Shown: positions 46,950 to 57,541 of the stretch, piece after piece
Layout of the letters: each line of letters begins with the position of its first letter
How positions within the stretch are numbered: position 1 is the stretch's first letter
Source of the DNA: Rebecca billardiae RCC1528
Lineage: Eukaryota; Protista; Haptophyta
Direction of reading: 5' to 3'
NCBI GenBank assembly: GCA_965240325.2
Contig: OZ251227.1
Coordinates: 2,666,001-2,730,000 of the forward strand
DNA length: 64,000 bases
Notes under the pieces: generated by a model
Told to the model about the DNA's origin: nothing
Database searches by the model: none
What the model saw: only the letters and a program-made list of their open reading frames with translations
Program-made: the position numbers and the translations under genes

Positions 46950-48670
46950 TATATGACCGCGTTCCGCGGTCCTCTTCCGTCAGAACCAACGTAGTTGGGG
47001 GCCCGCGGTGCAGAGTCTGTCTGTGCCGGCCGTCTGACAGTCTGTGCGGTGTGCCACCCGCTCCGTCCGACCACCACGGACACTCACAGTCACACAGCCG
47101 CGGCGTCGCCCCGGAGTCGCATATCGGCCACTAACCTCGCCATCGTCGCGCGGACTCGCCGCTCGCAGATCAGCCTGTGGCTCTCGTGTCAGGCAGTCAG
47201 GCATCCGTCGTGCCCATCAGCGCCAGAGCTGGCTCTCAGTCACTGAGTGAGTGAGAGCCGCCGCTCACGGTCAGCGCGCAGTCCGAGCTCCGAGCTCGCG
47301 CGCGAAACGCCCGCCCATGCGCCAGTCAAGCCGTCGAGACTCGAGACAGCTCGGATGCGGCGGACGAGAGCAAAAAGGATGTGCGCGTGGTCCAGCTCGT
47401 GCTGCGACTCGGACTCGCCCAGTCTCGTCGCCCGCAGATCTGCGCGCGCTGCTTGCCGCGCCGCTGCATGACATGTGCAGCCAGAGGCTCCAGTCAGTCA
47501 GCACGCCGCACGCGGATGAGCCATCACAGCTCGGCCATGGACGGCGCGAGCGAGGGCTTGGGCGAGCGAGATGGCCGTGGTGGCTGCTCCACATCCCGAC
47601 AAAACGTCCAAGACTACCCGCTCGCACCACGCCGACTGGATCAGGCGAAGGCTCCGCACTGCAGATCAGGCTCGGCGACGGACGCGGCTGACTGAACCGC
47701 GACGTCCTCGCGACCGCCCGCGCTTGAACATGCCGAGAGTTCAGCTGCGCGGCGTGCGGCGTGGCGCGCGCGGGCGCGCGCATGGATTCACGCGTTAGGA
47801 TGCCCCGCGGTCTCCTCCTCGTACCGTCGCCGACTGCTCTCCGCGCGCGAGCGTCGACATCGATTCGTGTCCGCGGTCCGGTGCTCGGTTGGAAACCGCA
47901 CTGACTGGGCCGAAGAGGGATCGGCAGGGCGGGGCGCGCGGGGTGAGCGGGCACGAAAGCGACGCTGACGACCGTCGGGATACCCGCGCCGTCGGATTGA
48001 ACGATCGTGCGCTGCCGCAGCGGGCCGCCCCTCGGCCTCCGTTCGCTTTCGTTCGGCTGTGCTGGCAGTGGCCGAGGCGGCGAGGCGACGACTCCAGAGC
48101 TCATCAAGAAGGCCGTATCCAGTATTCATCAAGGGACGAGATAGTATGAAGATTGCGTTGTGGTTGCGCGATCAACATTTGATCATCAAACGTCGTCGCT
48201 CCTTGAATGCCGTTTTTCCGGAACGCGGGCCGCACACGCCGCGCGCCGCGCCCCCTCCGGCTCCGACTATACGGATAGCTGCGGCGGGTATTTTCAATCT
48301 CTCGCACTATTGGAGTTGGTTGGACGATTATGTCAACGGTCGTTCTTGGCATCTTGCAGCGGCGAGGCCATATTATTTTACTATGGTCACACTACATTAA
48401 GGAGAGTCTACCCACAATTACCCTGCCTCGCACACTTGGGCGCGGGTTTCGTTGATTCCTCTGTTCACTATTCAAGACGGTGGACGCGCCCTTTTTCGAC
48501 GAGGATGCACCTGTAAGGGAGTCTCAAAATTCGAAACTCGGTCTCCTCCAGCCCTGAAAATCGTCCCCCGTCCCTTTTTTCTTTGATCAAAGATCTTTTT
48601 GAAACGTGGTTCGGGCCCGCTGGTGCGGGCTCCACGCTGCGCGCTCCGCCCTGCACCGCGGGCCATAATA
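46950..48670 (-). mobile_element. Helentron/HINE-like non-autonomous element, family B copy 1, about 1.7 kb
   Basis: 14-bp inverted repeat at 47000-47013 and 48651-48664, placed asymmetrically; hairpins at 46955-46971 and 46986-46998 outside the left repeat; right repeat sits in a long stem-loop (48614-48664); end shared with 62609 onward. Confidence 0.7.
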
Positions 48671-48918
48671 GCGCATCACAGATTGCCAGATCGATATTAA
48701 TTACTCGCAATAATAAAAAGTGAATAATATATACTATAGCAGGCAGCGCCATTGATGTATAGTCATCAGCTCCGACGCGGGCCGGGCGGCGGGCAAGTTG
48801 CCACTCAATACTGCCAGCTAGTCGCCAGTCGGCCGTACTCTGAGTATTCTGTAAGTGATTGACCGATACTTGAGTGCTGATGATGATAATGTTAAGTGAG
48901 GCGCGGCCGGATCAACGG

Positions 48919-51003
48919 TCAAGTTAAGCCGACCGAGGCGACCCCAGCCTGGCCGGATTCAGCGACCTCGCCCGACTCCGAGACCGTGGACTCGGCTGAC
49001 ACGACGTCCGCGCCGTTCGGACCTGACAGTGACACTCTCTGAACTGAGTCTGAGGCCACCTCAGCGGGGAGCTGGCGCGAGCCGAGCGCCTCGTCGCGCT
49101 CGCGCAGCGCACGCGCCAGCATCACGTGCAGCTGGTCGAGCCGCGCCTCGAGCTTCGCGGTGTGCACGCCGACCTCCTCGCCGACGGCGCCGCGCACGGC
49201 GTGCGCGCTCGGAAGCTCGTCACGCCGCACCCCGTTCCGGGCGTTCGCGCCGCGCGGCGTGACGTCCGCCGCTCGCAGCTTGAAGCGCGGCGACGTGCTC
49301 GCCGGCCGCGCGACCCCAACGGTCGCGGGCCGCGGCGAGACCGGCGCGCCCTCGGGTAGGCTCCGCTGGGTGCCCGTGGGCGAAGGGCCGGGCGACGAGG
49401 CCGTCGAGATGGCGCGGAGCATGGCGCTCTCGGCGGAGGCGACGCGCGCTGCCAAGTCCGACTCGCCCGCCGCCAGATCCATCTGCATCGCCGGCGGCGG
49501 CCAGCGCGCGAGCACAGGCCGGCCCGGGGTGCCCCGGGCCTTGGTGGTCTCGGCCGCGGAGCCGGTGTCTCCAGCCGCGGCCACGGGCGAGGCCGACTCG
49601 CCCGGCCCGGCGCCGTCGGCCGACGCGGCAGCGCCGGCGGACACTCCGTGCCCGTCGGCCAGGCGTCGCGCCGAGGGCGCGGCCGCGGCCGCGCGGCCGC
49701 CGCCGCGCGGCTCGTTAAGCCGCTCGGTCGCCTCCGCAGCGGCGCCGCCCAGCACGGCGCCGCGCCCGACGCCGTTGCGCACCGAGGAGCCCGGCGAGCC
49801 GCCGCCACCCTCGCCTCGCCGCGCGCGCGCGTCGGCTACGCCGGCACCGCCGCCCTCCTCCCCTCCGCGCGCGCCGGCGCGCGCCGCGCCGACGCCAGCC
49901 GTGCCGTCGCCAGCCACCGCTGCTGTGTCGTACCGCTGGAGCCGGCGCTCCAGGTCGACGTTGCGCGCGCGCGCGGCGACGGCGACGCGCGCGTGGTGGC
50001 GCACCGCGAGCTTCTCCGCCGCGAGCTGCTGCGAGCCCAGCGCCAGCGCGCCGAAGCGCCAGCGCGCCAGCGCGCGCCCCACGCGCATGTCGGCCATCCG
50101 CGCGCCCGCCGCGTCGGCCGACGCAAAGCAGCTGGCAAGCCGCGCGAGCCGCGCGTGCGTCGCCGCATCGGCGACGTCGACGAGCGCGCCGTGCCACGCG
50201 GCGAAGGCGCGCGCGAGGCGCGTGGCGCGAGCATCGGACGCGCACGCCACGCTCGCGAGCGCGCGCAGCCGCAGCTCGCTCAGCACCGCCTCGCGCGCCG
50301 TCACGACGTGCCGCCGGTGCGAGCGCTCCCCACGCAGCAGCAGCACGGCCTCGCGCCACGCGCCGAGCGCGGCGAGCTGGCGGTAGGAGGCGGCGAGGGT
50401 GAGCACGGCGGTGGCGCCGAAGGCGAGCGAGTTGGCGCGCGCCGCGTGCATCTGCCGCGCCGCCGCCTGCGAGAAGTACGCCACGGTCTCGCGCAGCGTC
50501 GCCGCAGCCCACAGCCTGAGCGCGCGCCGCGCCTCGAGCCTGCCGCTGCAAGCGCACGCGCGGAGCGCGAGCGCGCGCGCGGCGGCGAGCGTCTCCGCGC
50601 GGCTGTGCTCGGCCTTCTGGCGTGTGCGCATGAACGAGTCCACCAGCACGCGCCGCTCGAAGATCAGCTCCGCGTTCACCGCCGCCTCCGACACGCGCGC
50701 AGACCAGTATCGAAAGGCGCGTGAGATCAGCCGATCCGCTGCTGACTGCACTGCGTGGCCGAGGATCGCAGCGGCGGCGCGCAGGCTGGCCTCGCGGCGG
50801 GAGGCCTCGACGAGCGCAGCCATCATCGTCTCGTAGCGCTCGACCAGGTTGTCCTCCTCATCCTCCGCCGCGGGGGCGGCCGCCGGCGCGGCGCGCGCCT
50901 CGAGCGCAGTCGCCGATGCGTCGCCGGACGCCGTGCCCTGGCCCGATGGATGCGATCGGCGGGTGGCGCCCCGGCCAGAGGCCTTCGTGCACAGCGCCTG
51001 CAT
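48919..51003 (-). CDS. Hypothetical protein with Sfi1-like Trp repeats (possible centrin binder)
   Basis: RAFRYW, RALRLW, AALGAW, RAFAAW and RALARW in a helical region, followed by a low-complexity tail; hidden in-frame introns not excluded. Confidence 0.6.
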   Translation of the reverse strand: MQALCTKASGRGATRRSHPSGQGTASGDASATALEARAAPAAAPAAEDEEDNLVERYETMMAALVEASRREASLRAAAAILGHAVQSAADRLISRAFRYWSARVSEAAVNAELIFERRVLVDSFMRTRQKAEHSRAETLAAARALALRACACSGRLEARRALRLWAAATLRETVAYFSQAAARQMHAARANSLAFGATAVLTLAASYRQLAALGAWREAVLLLRGERSHRRHVVTAREAVLSELRLRALASVACASDARATRLARAFAAWHGALVDVADAATHARLARLASCFASADAAGARMADMRVGRALARWRFGALALGSQQLAAEKLAVRHHARVAVAARARNVDLERRLQRYDTAAVAGDGTAGVGAARAGARGGEEGGGAGVADARARRGEGGGGSPGSSVRNGVGRGAVLGGAAAEATERLNEPRGGGRAAAAAPSARRLADGHGVSAGAAASADGAGPGESASPVAAAGDTGSAAETTKARGTPGRPVLARWPPPAMQMDLAAGESDLAARVASAESAMLRAISTASSPGPSPTGTQRSLPEGAPVSPRPATVGVARPASTSPRFKLRAADVTPRGANARNGVRRDELPSAHAVRGAVGEEVGVHTAKLEARLDQLHVMLARALRERDEALGSRQLPAEVASDSVQRVSLSGPNGADVVSAESTVSESGEVAESGQAGVASVGLT

Positions 51004-51317
51004 GCTGCCGAGCGGGCGCGGGCGCACGTGCCGGCGTGCGAATCCCTCGCGCCTGCCGGCGGGGCCCGAGTGGGGGCTCGGGCGCGCGCAAAAAGGGCTG
51101 CCGAGGCGCCGCGAGGGGTGCGAAAGGCGAAAGCAGCCAAAGCACTCGTTCGGCACGCCCGCCGCGCGCGCGCCAGCTGGCAGCAGCAGCCTCTGCCGCC
51201 GCCGTCCCGGTCGGGCGGCGGGTCCTGGGCAGTTCGCGCTCAAGTTCATCAATCTTGAGAGTACGGAGATGTCCACGCGAGCTATTGGAAACACCCATCA
51301 CATCCACCAGCAAAAGC

Positions 51318-52184
51318 ATGGCACGCTCCGTGCAGGTGGGCGATGTCTCCCTGCGCAAGGAGGACATCTCCCTGCTCGTGCCCCCGCGCTGGATCAACGA
51401 CCAGATCATCGCGATCGCGTACGAGACCATGCGTACCGAGACCCTCCCCGGCGACGACCGCTTCGCGTGCGTCGGCCCGTCTGAGGCGTTCATGATGTCG
51501 CAGATCCACGACGCGTCGCAGCTGCGCGAGTTCTTCGCGCCGCTCAAGCTGGAGACACGACAGCTGGTGCTGCTGCCCGTGTGCGACCACGACGATCCGG
51601 ACACGGCGGGGGGCATGCACTGGAGCCTGCTCGCGTACTACCGCGCCCACTCGAGCGATGGCTTCTACCACTTCGACTCGCTCGGCATCAACCGCGCGCC
51701 GGCGGAGCAGCTCGCCGAGCGCGTCGCGCCGCTGCTGGGCCTCAGGCGCGCGCCGGTCACGGCCGCGCCGACGCCGCGCCAGACCAACGGCTACGACTGC
51801 GGCATGTACTGCATCCTCATTTCCGAGCTGTGCGCGCGCCACGTCGGCAGGCCGCCCGCCGAGGTGGCGGCCATCATCACACAGACCGTCACGCCCGAGG
51901 CCGTGCGGCAGCGGCGCAAGGACATCATCGCGACGCTCCGCGCCAAGCTGGACGGCGCCGAGGCGACGGATGGGCGCGCCCGCGACGAGCGGAATGTCGC
52001 AGCCGGCCCAGATCAGGCGGCGGAGCCCCCAACAGACGCCGACAAGGCCCGCCTTGAAGTTGAAGCAGGTGGGAGCACAGCCCAGAGTGTGAACACTGCG
52101 GAGGCCGCAGCCGCGGGCACGGCGCCGCCTGGCGTCGCTGACTCGGGCAGTGTGCGCCGCACGTGGCCCGAGCCGCAACTCTAG
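51318..52184 (+). CDS. SENP8: NEDD8-specific protease (SENP8/NEDP1/DEN1, C48 family)
   Basis: L...D..LL....WINDQII, GGMHWSLL, HFDS, QTNGYDCGMY. Confidence 0.92.
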   Translation: MARSVQVGDVSLRKEDISLLVPPRWINDQIIAIAYETMRTETLPGDDRFACVGPSEAFMMSQIHDASQLREFFAPLKLETRQLVLLPVCDHDDPDTAGGMHWSLLAYYRAHSSDGFYHFDSLGINRAPAEQLAERVAPLLGLRRAPVTAAPTPRQTNGYDCGMYCILISELCARHVGRPPAEVAAIITQTVTPEAVRQRRKDIIATLRAKLDGAEATDGRARDERNVAAGPDQAAEPPTDADKARLEVEAGGSTAQSVNTAEAAAAGTAPPGVADSGSVRRTWPEPQL

Positions 52185-52436
52185 TCTTCCGTCGCGCATG
52201 ATTCGTGACATCTCATTCTCGAGAGCTCTACTCAAGTACTAAGCGTCTACGCCTCCGAGTCTCATCTACGATACATGCTAGCCATTGGCAGGCATTGGCG
52301 TGCAGCACCGTGCACGGGTGCAACGTCACTGGTGAGTTCAGAGTTGAGAAGTGGTGACTGCCTGACTGGAGTCGACACGGTCGCAAGTCGCTCGGTCCGC
52401 CAATTCGCGAGCTGGAGAGCGGAAGCACTGTCGTGC

Positions 52437-53575
52437 CAAGGGTAGTAAGGGCAAGGGAGTCAAGGGTGCCCGCGCCCCAGTGGCGCGCTCGGCGGATGTT
52501 GGGACACACCTTTTTGCCCGCGGCCTGCGGCGGGCGGCGGCGAGGGCGTGCTCCGCTGGCGGGGCGAGCGCACGGGGCACGGCGCTGCGGGCGCGGATGT
52601 GCCCGCGAAGCCGGCGCGTGCGGACGGGCTGTTGCGGGAGAGCATCTGGCGCCCTCCTGCGCCGCGCGACTTGCGCCACGCCTCTTTCGCCTCGGCTCAG
52701 AGCAGCGCGCACGCACGCGCCGCCTCAAGGCCAGCCTTGCCGCGCCGCAGCCGGTCGCGCGCGCGCCGTGCGCGGCGTGGTCGGGAAGCAACGGGCGATG
52801 CTGCCGGGCGAGATGGCGACGGCATATGCGCACGCCATGCCGCCCCGCGGCGCCTTGATGAGCGTGTCGTCGGTCTGTTTGCATGCCTCTTCGACTTGTC
52901 ACAAATGGTGTGCACAGCCTCGCGGTCGTGACCCTTGTCGGGACGATCATTGAGACACAGAACAGTTCCAGACGGCCGCGCGGGCTACTCTTGCATGGAT
53001 GTAAACCACTGCGTGGTCCTGTAGAAGTGCTGGATGCGACGCTTTCCTCGCGCTGATGCTCTTTCATCATCTTCTTCGAGCTCAGGTCTGGCTTCAGGCA
53101 CGGCAAGAAATCAGCACTCGTCAACAGCTGTGCGGATCCGTTCTCGTGCTCTTTCGCGGCGCCGCGGGGCGGCATGGCGTGCGCCTATGACGTCGCCATC
53201 TCGCCCGGCAGCAGCGCCCGTTCCTTCCCGACCACGCCGCGCACGGCGCGCGCGCGGTCGGCTGCGGCGCGGCAAGGCTGGCCTTGAGGCGGCGCGTGCG
53301 TGCGCGCTGCTCTGAGCCGAGGCGAAAGAGGCGTGGCGCAAGTCGCGCGGCGCAGGAGGGCGCCAGATGCTCTCCCGCAACAGCCCGTCCGCACGCGCCG
53401 GCTTCGCGGGCACATCCGCGCCCGCAGCGCCGTGCCCCGTGCGCTCGCCCCGCCAGCGGAGCACGCCATCGCCGCCGCCGCCGCAGGGCCGCGGGCAAAA
53501 AGGTGTATCCCAACATCCGCCGAGCGCGCCACTGGGGCGCGGGCACCCTTGACTCCCTTGCCCTTACTACCCTTG
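52437..53575. mobile_element. Foldback-type non-autonomous DNA transposon, P-element-like, with about 418-bp TIRs
   Basis: Arms 52437-52854 and 53158-53575 are near-identical inverted; termini CAAGG...CCTTG; 7-bp TSD GTCGTGC at 52430-52436 and 53576-53582. Confidence 0.9.
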
Positions 53576-53775
53576 GTCGTGCCAAGTCGAATAAGCCGCG
53601 TGCGGTGCGTGCGGTGCCAGGTGCGGTGCCGCGCGTGCGGCCGGGCACCGCACGGGCAGGGAACTCAAGGAAGAAGCCGGCGTCGCTCGGTGGCCGTGGG
53701 CGTCTCTGCCGCCGACCGCCGTCTCTTTACGGGCTCTGCCGGAACGGCATCAGCGGCAAGCACCCGAACGAAGTC

Positions 53776-55271
53776 ATGGCGTCCGCGGTGGAGGCGATCG
53801 GGCTTGCGTGCAGCGACTGCGCGTGCCACTTCGGTGTCATGCGCTTCAAGCGGCGCGCCGTCGGCGAGCACGACGTTCACGTCGGTGCGCGCGCACGCGT
53901 CCTGGCGCGCCGCGCACCCGAGGCGTAGGCTCATGGCAACGCTGCCTGCGTGCGCGCCCGCAGCCGTGAAGTTCTGCGGGATCTGCCACACTGATGTCAA
54001 CTTTGCGCGCGGCAAGGTCGGCGCGCTCGCCCAGTACCCCATGGTGCCGGGCCACGAGATCGCCGGCGTGTGCGTCGCGGTCGGCCGGCGTGTAACCAAG
54101 TTTTCTGTCGGCGATCATGTCGGCGTTGGCTGCTTCGTCGACTCGTGCCTTACGTGCAGCTACTGCGACGCGGGCGAGGAGCAATACTGCCAGCAGGGCA
54201 TGGTGCGCACATACTCTGCAAACGACACTTACGGCCGCGCCGCCAACGGCCCAGGCTTTGAGGCGCTCCCGACGCTCGGCGGATACAGCAACCAGCTGAT
54301 GGTGCATGAGCGCTTCGCGATCAAGCTGCCACAGGCATACCCGTTGGAGAAGGCGGGCCCGCTGATGTGCGCCGCGGTGAGCGTGTACGAGCCGCTCAAG
54401 CACCACCGCGCCGGCAAGAACACCCGCCTCGGCATCATGGGCCTCGGGGGTGCGGCGCTAGTGCCGCGCTGCCGGGCTGAGCGCGCGGCTGTGCAGCCTC
54501 TGACCCCTCAGCGCGGAGTGCCCCGCGTCCCGCGCGCGCTTGCCCGCAGGCCTGGGCATGATGGCCATCAAGCTGGGCAAAGCGATGGGCTGCCACGTCA
54601 CAGTCCTCAGCCGCTCCGACGCCAAGCGCCCATACGCCACGCGGCTGGGAGCCGATCGGTACATTGCCACTGCGGACGAGGCGGCGGTGAAGGCGGCGGC
54701 TGGCTCGCTGGACCTGATCCTCAACACGGTATCTGCGCCGCACAACGTGGGCGCCTTCCTCGCGCTCCTCGCCACGGACGGCACGATGGTCCTCATCGGA
54801 GTCAATCCCGAGCCGCACGCCATTCCGTCCGCTCAGCTCATCTTCCAGCGCAAGTCGGTGTGCGGCTCGCTGATGGGCGGCATCAGCGCGACGCAGGAGG
54901 TCGTGGACCTGTGCGCGCGCCACGGCATCGAGCCGGAGACCGAGCTCGTGCGCGCGGAGGAGATCAGCGCAGTCTTCGAGAAGCTCGAGGCTGCCAACGA
55001 CGCTGGCGTGCGCTACGTGCTCGATGTGCAGAACTCCCTCACCGAGCGAGCGCTCGTCGATTGCGCGCAGCTCCGGCCGCCCGACTTTGGCGACGCGAGC
55101 GTGCAGCATGGCGGGCGGCGGCCAGCGGCGCTGGCCGCGGTGCTCGAAGCCACGGCTGGTTGGTGCTCGCGTGGGGGCGCGCCGTGCGGTGCCGCCGTCA
55201 TCGCAGCCGTCGCCGGGCTGGCTTGGGCCTGCTCGGCGTTGTGGATCAGGCGTGCTGCCATTGCCAAGTGA
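53776..55271 (+). CDS. Zn-dependent NADP alcohol dehydrogenase (CAD/AdhC type) with a hydrophobic C-terminal extension; 3 exons
   Basis: CGICHTD, PMVPGHE, GDHVGVG, C..C..C.......C, GPLMCA, GLGGLG, RYVLD; introns 53885-53963 and 54450-54549. Confidence 0.93.
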
Positions 55272-55543
55272 TGGCGACATCCCTAAGTCCGGCCCGCTGA
55301 CTCCTACTGGACCACTGCTATTCTTAGCAGCTAGTCCACTACTACTAGCGTGCCAGTCCTCAGCAGCGCCTAGTCTTGGACTTGCTAGTCGTATACTATA
55401 CGCAAGTCGTATGCAGTATAGTCATATATGACCGAGAGTAGGCCGTTCTAAACTTCAAGGCGTTACTGGCACCGTGCTCCGCCTCCAGGGACGGCCAGCC
55501 GAGGCTCACCAGGCTCAGCCCGCCGCGGGCGAGTTGAAATATA

Positions 55544-56026
55544 TGTATGTGGGGTTATTGGTGCAATAACTGATTGTCTAAGAGGACGACAAGAACGCCG
55601 CAGGCGCCAGCGCCGCTCATCAGCCACATCGCCCTCTACCGCAGACCATCGCCTCAAAGGGCTGCTCCCGGACAATCATTCTGTCCGGGTTTGTCGCCCC
55701 GGAGATCTGTTTCCGGCGCCCCCCGGTGGCTGCTTCGCCAGGCGCGGGCGGGCGAGATGGCTGCAGCCGGGCTCGTGGCCCTGCGTCGCCGCCGGCGGCG
55801 GCTCGCACGCGGGTGGCGCGTCGCGTGCACCGACCAACATCGGTGCGTCTCGTCGACGGCGAGCGGCATGCCCACCGCATCTGCTGCCGCTCGCCAAGGC
55901 ATGAGGACACGTAAATCCCACTGAGTAGGAACACAGACAGCAGCCTCGGCATCGACATGCCAGGCGGCGTGCCCACCTTTGCGGCCAGCAGTTGGCGTCG
56001 GCGTTCACGAGGACGGCTAGACGACA
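55544..56026 (-). mobile_element. Hairpin-ended non-autonomous element, family A copy 3 (about 480 bp)
   Basis: Minus strand starts TATA|TGTCGTCTAGCCGTCCTC and ends GTCCTCTTAGACAATCA-GTTATTG(CAC)CAATAAC-CCCACATACA|TATA; interior differs from copy 2. Confidence 0.75.
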
Positions 56027-56385
56027 TATACTATATGACTACGACTCGATCTGCGGGACGATCGCGAATCATGAAGTCGATCCTGCTGCTGAGTGACTGA
56101 GTACGTTACAGACAGGACCCCGTCCAGGACACGGCGTGACTCGCTCGGCGGAGCTGCCCCGGCTCCCAGCAGCCGCGCGGGTGGCGGGCCACACCCGTGA
56201 CCGGGCCTGGTGCTCGCCTGGAGCCGAGGCCTGCGAGTGACCGGTCGGCCCACAACGTCGTCGCGCGTTTCTCCGGTGTTTACCCAGGACCGGGTTCCGG
56301 CGGGTCGGCCGACCCGGCGGATAGTGTGATGATGCATGCGGCGGCGGCAGTGTGACATCTTATCGGCCACTGCGACGACTGAGCC

Positions 56386-57345
56386 TCACACGTTCACTGA
56401 ATCACTCGCCACCTCGATCGGTGAGTCGATGCCGACGGGCGCAACGGAGTCATGGCGCCTGAGCTGTTCATGAAGTATGCGCGAGAGTGGGCTTGCACTT
56501 CGCCAGAGATCCTCGTCGCTGAAGTACGGCGAGAAGACCGCCCAGTCCCGCTCCGGTGGGCAGCCCATGTCCAGCAGCCGATCGTTTGTCTCCGCCATCA
56601 GCTTGCGATAGTCCGACTCCATCGACACGGGCAGGGCGATCGGCTTGTTGAACCAGTCTGCAGTCGCCGCACAGAGGGGCGCCGCCGGCGAGGCGCCATG
56701 CGCGAGGGCGCGCGTGAGCAGGCAGCGGGCCCGCCCCTCCTGCCCCGTCTGCCGCCCCGCCACCTCGGCGCCGCGCGCGCACGATTCTCGGTGCGGAGGA
56801 TGGTCTCCTTCTCGATGTTCAGCCGCTCCATCTTGTTGCCATACGACGCGTCCACGTTGTAGGCAAACATAACCGGGCCCGCGACGAACGGGACGTAGTT
56901 GATGGGCAGCAGCTCGACGCGTCGGTATCTGAGCACGCGCACGATGTTTGCGGCGAGCATCAAGCTGTAAAACCCGAGCGAGAAGTGCAGCTGGTCCCTG
57001 CCGACAGCCATCTTCATGGCTGCATGCGGTGGTGGCAGCGTCATGGGTGGCGTGAAGCGCAATTTGACGCAGCGGGACGCGCGGGCGAGGTGATCGTCAC
57101 AAGCTGCTGTGACAGTGTATGTGTACAGGCTAGGCAAGCGCGCTCGGGAGCGCGCGCTTGTCGCGCGGTGCAACGGTCGGCGGGTGCAGGGAGCGCGGTG
57201 CGCCGTCCTCACCAATCAGCTCGTCGCGATTCTTCTTGTGCGCGCGGAGGTCGATGAGCTTCGACTTCACGAGGGCATTTGTGACCTCCTCCTTGGCCAA
57301 CGCGTGATAGTCCTTGCGGTGCGTCAAGGAGAGCACGCTTCCCAT
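56386..57345 (-). CDS. Plasminogen receptor KT (PLGRKT/DUF2368)-like membrane protein; 3 exons
   Basis: AM.MA..RD...F....Y, VPF......AY.VD..YG.KMERL..E.E.IL.TE; introns 57212-57020 and 56782-56658. Confidence 0.75.
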
Positions 57346-57541
57346 CGGTGCGCCGCTCTCGTGCACGTTTTCGTGGAGCCGTCCAAAGTCGTCCTGCCGC
57401 CAGCGTCAGTCGTCCATCGCTGATGATGGATGACAAGAGGCGATGAGATCATGAGAAGGATATCGAGATCGCGCGGAGATTTAAGATTTGTCGGTGACAT
57501 CATCACGCTGCGGCCGTGCCGGCACTCATAGATTGACAGTG

